From assembly GCA_030167145.1 (NCBI GenBank), contig CP126532.1:3660001-3692000 (forward strand): a DNA stretch of 32,000 bases. The letters run 5' to 3'. The stretch is from Ktedonobacterales bacterium. Lineage in GTDB: Bacteria > Chloroflexota > Ktedonobacteria > Ktedonobacterales > JADMIN01. The notes below the pieces were generated by a model. That model was not told where the DNA came from. It saw only the letters and a program-made list of their open reading frames with translations, and searched no databases. This document shows, in pieces, positions 16,257 to 23,927 of this stretch. Position numbers and translations under genes: made by a program. How positions within the stretch are numbered: position 1 is the first letter of the stretch; each line of letters starts with the position of its first letter.

Positions 16257-16265
16257 AGTGTAGCA
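16257..16265 (-). promoter_or_regulatory. Extended -10 (TGcTACACT) upstream of the O-methyltransferase gene
   Basis: Minus-strand TGCTACACT lies about 65 nt upstream of ATG 16190 and downstream of the icd terminator. Confidence 0.35.
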
Positions 16266-16284
16266 CTCGCGCACCCAGGCCATA

Positions 16285-16329
16285 GAAAAACGGCGAGCCG
16301 TCGCGGGCGATCTGCCCACAACGGCTCGC
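16285..16329 (-). terminator. Intrinsic terminator after icd
   Basis: The minus-strand RNA reads GCGAGCCGU...ACGGCUCGC (9-bp stem, with an inner GGGC/GCCC helix) followed by CGUUUUUC. It starts about 30 nt after the icd stop. Confidence 0.7.
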
Positions 16330-16361
16330 ATCGTTCATGACGTCCACGCGGCGCGTATCCG

Positions 16362-17450
16362 CTATGCCATCTCGCGCATCTTGGCGATGATGGCATCCGC
16401 CACCTGCGACGTACCCACCGCGGTCGGGTCATCCGGTCGCGGTTTCAGGTCGTAGGTTACGTCTTTGCCCTCAGCGATCACCGCCGCCAGCGCCTTCTCC
16501 AGCCGGTCCGCCGCCGCGCGCTCGCGCAGATGCCGCAGCATCAGCACACCCGAAAACATCATCGCCATCGGGTTGACTTTGTTCTGCCCGGCATACTTCG
16601 GCGCGCTGCCATGCACCGGCTCGAAGCACGCGTACTCGCTGCCGATGTTCGCCCCTGGCGCGACCCCCAGCCCACCAATCAGCCCGGCTGACAGGTCCGA
16701 GAGGATATCGCCATACAAATTTGGCAGCACCAGCACGTCATACAGTTCCGGCTTCTGCACCAACTGCATGCACATGTTGTCTACGATGCGGTCCTCGAAC
16801 TGAATATCCGGGTATTCCTTGGAGACTTCCTGTGCGACCGAGAGAAACAGGCCATCGGAGAACTTCATGATGTTCGCCTTATGCACCGCCGTCACCTTAT
16901 GGCGACCATTGGCGCGCGCATACTCGAAGGCAAACTTGACGATGCGACGGCTCGCGGGAACAGAAATATACTTGATGCTGATCGCCGCATCTTTGGTCAG
17001 CTTCGTGCCGGTCGCCCGCCCGATGAAATCCACCAACTCATCCATCTCAGCCGAGCCGCGCTGGAACTCGATGCCCGCGTAGAGATCTTCCGTATTTTCA
17101 CGAACGATGATGAGGTCAATCTTCTCGTAGCGCGAGCGCAACCCAGGATACGACTTGGCAGGGCGCAGATTCGCGTACAGGTCCAGGCTCTTGCGAAGCG
17201 CGACATTGGCGCTGCGGAAGCCCTTGCCAACAGGAGTCGTGATCGGTCCCTTCAGGCCCACACGGGTGCGACGGATAGAATCAATCACTTCTTCCGGCAA
17301 GACAGTGCCGGTTTTCTCGAACACGGCCAGGCCAGCCTGGCGCACGTCCCAGTTGAACTCCACTCCCGTGGCCTCCAGAACACGGCGCGTCGCTTCCGTG
17401 ATCTCCGGTCCAGTGCCATCGCCGGGAATGAGGGTGACGTCGTAAGCCAT
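16362..17450 (-). CDS. icd: Isocitrate dehydrogenase (NAD-IDH/IDH3-like member of the isocitrate/isopropylmalate dehydrogenase family)
   Basis: 362-aa ORF with a [61 protein letters not shown] and LYGDILSD are family signatures. Substrate specificity is inferred, not proven. Confidence 0.8.
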   Translation of the reverse strand: MAYDVTLIPGDGTGPEITEATRRVLEATGVEFNWDVRQAGLAVFEKTGTVLPEEVIDSIRRTRVGLKGPITTPVGKGFRSANVALRKSLDLYANLRPAKSYPGLRSRYEKIDLIIVRENTEDLYAGIEFQRGSAEMDELVDFIGRATGTKLTKDAAISIKYISVPASRRIVKFAFEYARANGRHKVTAVHKANIMKFSDGLFLSVAQEVSKEYPDIQFEDRIVDNMCMQLVQKPELYDVLVLPNLYGDILSDLSAGLIGGLGVAPGANIGSEYACFEPVHGSAPKYAGQNKVNPMAMMFSGVLMLRHLRERAAADRLEKALAAVIAEGKDVTYDLKPRPDDPTAVGTSQVADAIIAKMREMA

Positions 17451-17559
17451 TGTACCTCCAGGTACAGCGGGGCAGGGGATTTCCTCTCCTGCTCACTTCA
17501 TGATGATGCAAAACAGCTGCTCAGGGGACAGAAGCGCCGTACCCCGTGGGCTATCTGTG

Positions 17560-17568
17560 ATTATAGCA
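17560..17568 (-). promoter_or_regulatory. Extended -10 (TGcTATAAT) for icd
   Basis: Minus-strand TGCTATAAT lies about 110 nt upstream of the icd ATG. Confidence 0.45.
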
Positions 17569-17654
17569 CAGGACGGCGGCCACGCTTCCAAGAGTAGCCA
17601 CGAATCCGAATCCCCCACTCCGCCGCCGTAAGCCGCGCCGCGCAGGCCGCCGCG

Positions 17655-17663
17655 TGCTACAAT
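17655..17663 (+). promoter_or_regulatory. Extended -10 (TGcTACAAT) for the small zinc-ribbon ORF
   Basis: TG at 17655-17656 and TACAAT at 17658-17663. The predicted start site is about 40 nt before ATG 17710. Confidence 0.4.
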
Positions 17664-17709
17664 TGGCGCATATCAATAGTGAGGCGAAGCGACACCAGGA
17701 GCGGCAGCT

Positions 17710-17949
17710 ATGCGCCTCTTTTTCCAGCAACCGCGTGACGGCTCACCAGAAGAACGTTCCCATCGCGCCAGACGGCGCAACCGTCCCGCGCCACCGAACC
17801 CACCCCGCCCCACATCACCACGTCCGCGCCGCAATCTCAGCCAGCCGCAGTGCATGCGCTGCCACACCCTCCTGCCCACCGGCTACCTCGGCGAACTCTG
17901 CGCTGCCTGCCGCACCGTCCCCATTGGCGCTTCCGTAACGCTTCCGTAA
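17710..17949 (+). CDS. Small Arg/Pro-rich protein with a C-terminal CxxC-x13-CxxC (zinc-ribbon-like) motif, 79 aa
   Basis: AGGAG lies 8 nt upstream, third codon positions are strongly G/C-biased, and the ORF has its own extended -10. The motif is CMRC...CAAC. There is no family assignment. Confidence 0.4.
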   Translation: MRLFFQQPRDGSPEERSHRARRRNRPAPPNPPRPTSPRPRRNLSQPQCMRCHTLLPTGYLGELCAACRTVPIGASVTLP

Positions 17950-17960
17950 CGCTCCCGTAA
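17928..17960. repeat. Tandem 3 x 11 nt (CGCTTCCGTAA, third copy CGCTCCCGTAA)
   Basis: Units lie at 17928, 17939 and 17950. The TAA of unit 2 is the stop codon of the small ORF. Confidence 0.85.
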
Positions 17961-18035
17961 TGTCCCCATGATAGACTGCTTGGAAACAGTGCCCATGGTT
18001 CGCATCTTGATCCGCATCCATGAAGGAGCCGCGCA

Positions 18036-19436
18036 ATGCGCCAGCCGTCTCTCGCGCCTGTGAGCGCCGCCACCACTCCCTCGCTCGTTAGCGACGCTAG
18101 CGGAGTGCGCGCACCCCGACCACTGCTCGCGCGGGGCCTCTGGTTCACCCTGGTCATCGCGATGATGACGATCTTGTTCGGCAGCCTCTCGACGTTTCAG
18201 GCGCAGTTGCGTATACGCTGTACTCCGACAGCGTGCAATTATCAGCAGCTCACTCCTGCGCAGATCGAGACGCTCAACGGGATCGGTGTCTCGCTGGACG
18301 GCTACGTCGCGCTCACCACTGCGCTCCTGCTTGCCGTGGTAGTGGTCTGCCTGGCGGTCAGCACGCTCATTATGTGGCGTCGATCCAGCGACTGGATGGC
18401 GGTGCTGGTCGCCTTGATGCTGGTGACGTTAGGGACGAATACGAGCGCGAGCGGTGTGGCCGGCGCGAAGGCCCCCAATCCTTGGCTGCTGCCGAGCGAC
18501 TCGCTGCTCTTCGTTGGCACCATCTTGTTGCTATTCGTGCTTTTCTTGTTCCCCAGTGGACACTTCGTGCCCCGCTGGATGCGCTGGATCGCGTTCGTGT
18601 TTCTCGCGGCGTGTGTCCTAACCACCCTCCTCCCAAACACGCCGCTGATACCGAACTCGTCGGTGAGCCATCTGGGTTGGCTCGTGGTCATCAGCGGGTT
18701 CGCGACCGCGGCCCTTGGTCAACTCTATCGCTACCGGCGCGAATCCAGCCCCGTGCTGCGTCGGCAGACCAAATGGGTGGCCCTCGGGTTCGCGATGGCG
18801 ATCATTGTCACTGCTATCGTGAGCGCATTCGCACTGGCCCCAGGGTTTGGCGCCACGAATGCGCTGTATCTGCTGGCAGGCAATGAGATCGGCTTCCTCC
18901 TACCACTCGTGATCCCGCTCGCGTTTGGGGTCGCCATCCTGCGCTCCCACCTCTGGGATATTGATATCCTCATCAATCGGGCGCTGGTCTATGGCTCGCT
19001 GACCCTCATCCTGGCCGCCGTCTATCTTGGCTGCGTCGTCGGCGCGCAGGCCCTGGCTCAGGCGCTCACCGGCCACACCACGCTGCCCCCCATCGCCATC
19101 GTCGCCTCCACGCTGCTGATCGCCGCGCTGTTCAATCCCGTGCGCCGCAGTCTTCAGGCGGTGATTGACCAGCGCTTCTACCGCCGCAAGTATGACGCGG
19201 CCAAGATACTGGCGGTCTTTGGGACGACGCTGCGCACCGAGACCGACCTGGCACAACTCAGCGAGCACGTGCTCTCCGTAGTGCAGGAAACGATGCAGCC
19301 GGCGCATGTCTCGCTGTGGCTGCGCCCACCCGAACGTCAGGTGCCGCAAGTGGCATGGCGCAGCACCAGAGCGCGTGCAGAAACCACCATCCAGAGTCAG
19401 CCCAACTCCACCAGCGCTGAGGACCCCCAGGGGTAG
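18036..19436 (+). CDS. Polytopic membrane protein (about 10 TM helices) with a cytoplasmic tail containing RFYRRKYDA
   Basis: 466-aa ORF with GAAGGAG 8 nt upstream and alternating hydrophobic segments throughout. The tail motif resembles linkers seen in membrane sensor proteins, but there is no kinase or output domain here. Confidence 0.75.
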   Translation: MRQPSLAPVSAATTPSLVSDASGVRAPRPLLARGLWFTLVIAMMTILFGSLSTFQAQLRIRCTPTACNYQQLTPAQIETLNGIGVSLDGYVALTTALLLAVVVVCLAVSTLIMWRRSSDWMAVLVALMLVTLGTNTSASGVAGAKAPNPWLLPSDSLLFVGTILLLFVLFLFPSGHFVPRWMRWIAFVFLAACVLTTLLPNTPLIPNSSVSHLGWLVVISGFATAALGQLYRYRRESSPVLRRQTKWVALGFAMAIIVTAIVSAFALAPGFGATNALYLLAGNEIGFLLPLVIPLAFGVAILRSHLWDIDILINRALVYGSLTLILAAVYLGCVVGAQALAQALTGHTTLPPIAIVASTLLIAALFNPVRRSLQAVIDQRFYRRKYDAAKILAVFGTTLRTETDLAQLSEHVLSVVQETMQPAHVSLWLRPPERQVPQVAWRSTRARAETTIQSQPNSTSAEDPQG

Positions 19437-19541
19437 GCGCATATTAGGCACATAGAGAACGCGAAGTACGCCACACGGACAACGTTACCATCGCATCTGA
19501 ACGCGAATAGGTATGACCTCTCCCAAGCACACTCTAACTCC

Positions 19542-19597
19542 AGCCCGCGCAGGTGGCGCTCTCGCGGCGGTACACCCGTAGGCGCGGATGCATCCGC
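19542..19597 (+). repeat. Two-hairpin intergenic element, copy 4
   Basis: AGCCCGC-GCAG-GTGG(C)GCT (19542-19560), CTCGCGGCGGTACACCCGTAGGC, then GCGGA-TGCA-TCCGC (19584-19597). It lies about 105 nt after the stop of the membrane protein gene. Confidence 0.75.
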
Positions 19598-19674
19598 AGG
19601 CCTCTTCGCGCAGTGTCCGCCCTACTTTGTAAAACCACGTAATGGCCGAGATCCTCTCCGCCCCAATCTATCCC

Positions 19675-19704
19675 TTGACAACAGATATTTCAATTGCATA
19701 TACT
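19675..19704 (+). promoter_or_regulatory. Sigma-70-type promoter for the padR operon (TTGACA-N18-TATACT)
   Basis: TTGACA at 19675-19680 and TATACT at 19699-19704, in an AT-richer patch about 75 nt upstream of the padR ATG. Confidence 0.6.
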
Positions 19705-19780
19705 CGTAACCGGATAATATGAATAGGGATAACCTGTGCGGGGTATTTGCTGTGCAGCTATTTTGGAGGGAGGGTAATTG

Positions 19781-20449
19781 ATGACCAAACGCAAGGTGAG
19801 CAATCCGCTCGCGCTGGCCGTGATGACGTGCTTATTCGAGCGTCCGATGCACCCCTATGAGATGGCGACGACGCTGCGCGAGCGCGGCAAAGACCAGAGC
19901 ATCAAGCTCAACTACGGCTCGCTCTATACCGTCGTCGAGGCGCTGCAACAGCACGGGCTGATCGTCGCGCAGGAGACCGAGCGCGAGGGCCGCCGCCCAG
20001 AGCGCACCATCTACCGCCTGACCGACGCCGGCCGCATCGAGCTGATTGATTGGGTGAGCGAGCTACTTAGCACGCCCGCCAAAGAATTCACACGCTTCGA
20101 GGCAGGTCTGTCGCTCGCCGGAGTTCTGCCGCCCGAAGATGTCGCCAGGCTGCTCGCGCAACGCTGCAACCACCTGGAAACGGACATCGCACAACTGCGC
20201 TCCATGTTGCAGGTTATGGCGCAGCGCGGACTCAAGCGCATGCACGTCATCGAGAGCGAATACCAGCTAGCCATGCGTGAAGCGGAACTCACCTGGGCGC
20301 GCGCACTCGCCGGAGAGATCGCGTCGGGAACATTAGAAGGCGTTGACGAGTGGGCAGCCTTCCAGCGTGCCAGAGCCGAGCAGGAAAACGAGCGCCCTGA
20401 TGCGGGCGAAAGAGCAGCGACCGAAGCGAGCGCAGAGAACGAGAGGTAG
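19781..20449 (+). CDS. padR: PadR family transcriptional regulator
   Basis: A GGAGGGAGGG RBS precedes the gene. The winged-helix segment is LALAVMTCLFERPMHPYEMATTL...GSLYTVVEALQQHGLI...RRPERTIYRLTDAGR, followed by a long C-terminal coiled region. A TTG at 19778 is an alternative start. Confidence 0.85.
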   Translation: MTKRKVSNPLALAVMTCLFERPMHPYEMATTLRERGKDQSIKLNYGSLYTVVEALQQHGLIVAQETEREGRRPERTIYRLTDAGRIELIDWVSELLSTPAKEFTRFEAGLSLAGVLPPEDVARLLAQRCNHLETDIAQLRSMLQVMAQRGLKRMHVIESEYQLAMREAELTWARALAGEIASGTLEGVDEWAAFQRARAEQENERPDAGERAATEASAENER

Positions 20450-20456
20450 TAAGCAA

Positions 20457-21368
20457 ATGAGCACGAACACCAGCATCAACAACCCAATGACCACAACCAC
20501 GTGGGAACAATATGCGACCAACTACGTCACCTCGCGCGACGGTACCACCATCGGCTACCGCCAGCTTGGCCATGGCCCAGGCATCGTCATGCTCCACGGC
20601 GCGATGGAGTCGTCGCGCAGCCACATGCAACTCGCCGGGGCGCTGGCCGACGCCTTCACCGTCTATCTGCCCGACCGTCGTGGCCGTGGCCTGAGCGGCC
20701 CCTATGGCGAAAACTACAGCGTGCGCACGGAAGTCGAAGACCTCGACGCCCTCCTGACCACAACCGGCGCTCACGATGTCTTCGGCGTCAGCGCGGGCGG
20801 CCTCATCTGCCTTCAGGCCGCGCTCACCCTGCCTGCCATTCACAAAGTCGCCCTCTACGAACCCGCCCTGATCGTCAACAACTCCATCTCGACGGCGTTT
20901 TTGCCTCGCTATGACCGCGAGATGGCCCAGGGCAAGATAGCCGCCGCGCTCGTCACCGGCATGATCGGCGCGCAGATGGGACCGCCGATCTTCAACGTCA
21001 TGCCCCGCTGGCTGCTCGAATCGCTCACCAGCATGGCGATGAAAAGTGAGGTCAAGAAGGCCAAAGATGGCGACATCACCATGCGCGCCTTCGCGCCAAC
21101 GCTGCACTACGACTTCCAACTCGTCAACGAGATGAATGGCAAGCTGGAAAGCTTCCGAGAACTGCGCACCGAGGTGCTTTTGCTCGGCGGCAGCAAAAGT
21201 CCGGCCTACTTGAAAGCCGCCCTTGACGCGCTAGAGAAAGTCTTGCCCCACGCCCAACGCAGCGAGTTCTCCGGACTCGACCACGGCGGCTCAAGCGACC
21301 TCAGCAACACCAACCGCAACGGCAAGCCGGAACTGGTCGCGGAAGCGTTGCGCCGCTTCTTCGCCTGA
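20457..21368 (+). CDS. Alpha/beta hydrolase
   Basis: ORF track 20343..21368. ATG 20457 follows GAGAGG and begins 8 nt after the padR stop, giving an operon. VMLHG, the GVSAGG nucleophile elbow and the C-terminal LDHGG are present. Confidence 0.8.
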   Translation: MSTNTSINNPMTTTTWEQYATNYVTSRDGTTIGYRQLGHGPGIVMLHGAMESSRSHMQLAGALADAFTVYLPDRRGRGLSGPYGENYSVRTEVEDLDALLTTTGAHDVFGVSAGGLICLQAALTLPAIHKVALYEPALIVNNSISTAFLPRYDREMAQGKIAAALVTGMIGAQMGPPIFNVMPRWLLESLTSMAMKSEVKKAKDGDITMRAFAPTLHYDFQLVNEMNGKLESFRELRTEVLLLGGSKSPAYLKAALDALEKVLPHAQRSEFSGLDHGGSSDLSNTNRNGKPELVAEALRRFFA

Positions 21369-21406
21369 TAGCATAGCTGCAAAGCTGGGTATGTCACAGA
21401 CCGAAC

Positions 21407-21440
21407 GTTCTGCCCGTTGCTGTTGGTCATCGGGCAGAAC
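21407..21440. terminator. 10-bp GC-rich hairpin between convergent genes (possible bidirectional terminator)
   Basis: GTTCTGCCCG (21407-21416) pairs with CGGGCAGAAC (21431-21440) around a 14-nt loop. There is no U-tract on either side. Confidence 0.4.
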
Positions 21441-21449
21441 CTTCTCCGC

Positions 21450-21947
21450 CTATATCCAGCGCCGGACTCTTGCCTTATAGGTCCGATACTCCCCGCCGAA
21501 CTGCTGCTCCAGATACCGCTCTTCGCGCTTGATAACCGTCACATGAACGATTACCAGCGCCACGGGCAGCAGCAGGATCGCCCACAGCGAATTGAACAGT
21601 AGCGCCAGCCCTACGTACTGGATAGCCATCCCCAGATACATCGGATTGCGGCTCAGGCGGAATGGCCCCTCGGTGAGCAGCGCCGTCGTTGGCCGGTACG
21701 GGAGTACGCTGGTTTTGGCGCGGCGCATCGCCCGCAGGGCGGCAAATCCCAGCACAAACGGCAGCAGAAAGCAGATCGCGCCAACCATCAACGTCACCGC
21801 GCGCGGCAGAAAGCTCACCGGAAAGGCCAAGCTCAGCAGCACCCCCGCCAGCAGCACCCCAACAAATATCACCGGCGCTGGCGCTGCCCGTGAAGTCTCC
21901 TGCGCCTTTGCCACTCCTGGCACGTTCTGCGTGTTCTGCATCATCAT
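21450..21947 (-). CDS. Isoprenylcysteine carboxyl / phospholipid methyltransferase family membrane protein
   Basis: The ORF track extends to 22016. ATG 21947 follows GGAGA. The C-terminal signature is GPFRLSRNPMYLG...REERYLEQQFGGEYRTYKARVRRWI. Confidence 0.8.
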   Translation of the reverse strand: MMMQNTQNVPGVAKAQETSRAAPAPVIFVGVLLAGVLLSLAFPVSFLPRAVTLMVGAICFLLPFVLGFAALRAMRRAKTSVLPYRPTTALLTEGPFRLSRNPMYLGMAIQYVGLALLFNSLWAILLLPVALVIVHVTVIKREERYLEQQFGGEYRTYKARVRRWI

Positions 21948-22255
21948 CGTGTCTCCGCTGCTTCTCCCCAACCGGGGGCTACCTGCCCGCCGCGCCACCT
22001 TCCAGCCGGCCAGCAATGTCCTGCCGGGACGACGTCGCTTCGGGCAGCATTCGTATCACCCCACCAGCATAATCCGCCCACCACCAGAAGCCCAGGAAGA
22101 ACACCCACATCATCACCCACACGTTCACGCACATCGCGCCTATCGCATAGTGCTACACGTTTAGCTTGCCCCGCACCGTTGGTGTATCCTCAACGAGGAC
22201 CGCAGCACACTTCGTTCGATACGGCACGCCACCTGGTCTCGAAGAGGCATCACTG

Positions 22256-22501
22256 ATGACTGCGCTGATCATTGCCTTCCTGTTGGCCCGCAAAGTTGTG
22301 GCATTCCTCGTGGTCATGTGTATCGCGCTCTTGCTAGGCGCAGCGTTCCCCTTCATCCTGCTCGCTGATCCCACGAATCCATTGAATACTTCCTTCGTTT
22401 CTCAGCGACTAATGCCTTTAACCGAGCGCATATTCCGCTCCATTGGCGGCCCGCCACTCCGCCAAATCACATGCGACGACTCACCAGCGCAGCGCGGCTA
22501 G
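22256..22501 (+). CDS. Possible small membrane protein (81 aa, two hydrophobic segments)
   Basis: Internal ATG of ORF 22166..22501 with GAAGAGG about 9 nt upstream. It sits in a lower-GC patch and has no homology cue. Confidence 0.35.
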   Translation: MTALIIAFLLARKVVAFLVVMCIALLLGAAFPFILLADPTNPLNTSFVSQRLMPLTERIFRSIGGPPLRQITCDDSPAQRG

Positions 22502-22679
22502 CGAAGCATCACCTCACAACAACTCACAACAACAGAGCACATCAGTTTCCTCTCTGCCACTGCGATGCATTTCATACCGACATGCGACAGTCGTTAGCGT
22601 ATTTGCAACGTGCATCCAACCATGATTAGCCCCGGCATTATGTGCTTTTACTTTTTAGGGCGGAGACCCATCTGTCCCC

Positions 22680-22734
22680 AACCCGCGCAGGCGGGTTTCG
22701 CGGCCGCAGGTCATCCAGGCGCGGTTTCAACCGC
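22680..22734 (+). repeat. Two-hairpin intergenic element, copy 2
   Basis: AACCCGC-GCAG-GCGGGTT (22680-22697), TCGCGGCCGCAGGTCATCCAGGC, then GCGGT-TTCA-ACCGC (22721-22734). It ends 14 nt from the purE stop codon on the opposite strand. Confidence 0.8.
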
Positions 22735-22748
22735 CCGCTCCCCTTCTC

Positions 22749-23246
22749 TCACCCCATCCCGCCCGTCGCCAGCCCCGCGTTCTTCGCTCGCGACTCCGCC
22801 GCAATCTCCGCCTGATACGCCAGCATCTTCGCCAGCAGATCCGCATCGCTCGCCGCCAGTATCCGCACTGCCAGCAGTCCCGCATTGCGTGCATTGCCAA
22901 TTGCCACCGTCGCCACCGGCACTCCCGCTGGCATCTGCACAATCGAGAGCAGCGAATCCATCCCCCGCAGATGCTCCGTCGCCACCGGCACCCCGATCAC
23001 CGGCAGCGGCGTATGCGCCGCCAGCATCCCCGGCAGATGCGCCGCCCCACCTGCCCCCGCGATAATCACCCGCAGCCCGCGCGTGTGCGCCGTCTTGCCA
23101 TACTCGGCCATATCATCCGGCGTCCGGTGCGCCGATACAATCCGTATCTCGTGCGCCACCCCAAACCGCTCACACATCTCCGCCGCGCCGCGCATCGTCG
23201 GCAGATCCGAATCGCTGCCCATCACGATTCCCACTAACGGCTCCAT
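22749..23246 (-). CDS. purE: 5-(carboxyamino)imidazole ribonucleotide mutase
   Basis: The ORF track extends to 23567. ATG 23246 follows GGGGAGG at 6 nt. [31 protein letters not shown] and PVIGVPV are PurE signatures. Confidence 0.9.
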   Translation of the reverse strand: MEPLVGIVMGSDSDLPTMRGAAEMCERFGVAHEIRIVSAHRTPDDMAEYGKTAHTRGLRVIIAGAGGAAHLPGMLAAHTPLPVIGVPVATEHLRGMDSLLSIVQMPAGVPVATVAIGNARNAGLLAVRILAASDADLLAKMLAYQAEIAAESRAKNAGLATGGMG

Positions 23247-23294
23247 AGCTCGCCTCCCCTGCTCTCGTGCGACATGCCATGCCCCCGCACTCCT

Positions 23295-23332
23295 CTGCGC
23301 TCCCCTTTCCGCGTCGGGTAAGCGGAGCGCAG
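23295..23332. other. Perfect 9-bp inverted repeat CTGCGCTCC / GGAGCGCAG with a 20-nt loop
   Basis: Read directly. It lies about 50-85 nt upstream of the purE ATG. Confidence 0.8.
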
Positions 23333-23356
23333 CCCCTCCGAGTCGTTCCGAGGAGA

Positions 23357-23373
23357 GGCGTCCGGTGGACGCC
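23357..23373. repeat. Hairpin GGCGTCC-GGT-GGACGCC, identical to the seed of the 18-nt array at 13726-13742
   Basis: Exact 17-nt match between the two loci. Confidence 0.9.
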
Positions 23374-23400
23374 TGTCGGGGCGGGGGTAGGTTCCGCGCT

Positions 23401-23423
23401 CCCCTTCCCTCGTAGGGAAGGGG
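23401..23423. other. Perfect 9-bp hairpin CCCCTTCCC-TCGTA-GGGAAGGGG
   Basis: Read directly. Confidence 0.8.
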
Positions 23424-23450
23424 TCGGGGGTTAGGTCTGCCTGCCCCTTC

Positions 23451-23480
23451 AGCGTACCGGCCTGCCCCCGCGCCCGTCAA
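23451..23480 (-). promoter_or_regulatory. Candidate purE promoter (TTGACG-N18-TACGCT on the minus strand)
   Basis: -35 at 23480-23475 and -10 at 23456-23451. This would give a leader of about 200 nt containing the three hairpins. Confidence 0.3.
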
Positions 23481-23801
23481 GCCACCGTAACCCTCCCACT
23501 CCCGTCCGCATCTGTCTGTATCTCGCCCCATCTGTCCGCGATTGCCACTCGCATCTTGGCCTCTCACATGCTACACTGCCCCCAACAACTCATCCGCCAC
23601 CCCGGCGCGCACTTCCCCGCCCGCCTGGCAGATGACACGCTGGAATGTTTGGGAGAGGTGAATGGAGGTGGCGGCGTGCGGCACACACATCCCAGCAACC
23701 CCGACCCTTACCCAATTCCCCAAAGTGAAAAATCGGCCACATCCGCCACATCGGCCACATCGGCCACTGCGCTCCTCCCGGCATTCATGCCCTTTCGCCG
23801 G

Positions 23802-23824
23802 TGCTCCGGCCATAAATGGCCGAG
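23802..23824. promoter_or_regulatory. Palindrome-bearing site 1: TGCTCCGGCCAT-AA-ATGGCCGAG
   Basis: 14-bp palindrome GGCCATnnATGGCC. It is repeated 62 nt downstream, upstream of the SGNH hydrolase gene. Confidence 0.4.
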
Positions 23825-23863
23825 AACGCGAAAAAATCGGCAGAATCGGCAACTGTCCATTTA

Positions 23864-23886
23864 TGCTCCGGCCATGTATGGCCGAG
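23864..23886. promoter_or_regulatory. Palindrome-bearing site 2: TGCTCCGGCCAT-GT-ATGGCCGAG
   Basis: Second copy of the same site, about 40-55 nt upstream of the SGNH start. Confidence 0.4.
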
Positions 23887-23927
23887 GCGGACGCACATTC
23901 GAGGTTGTATTGTAGAGTAGAAACGAG

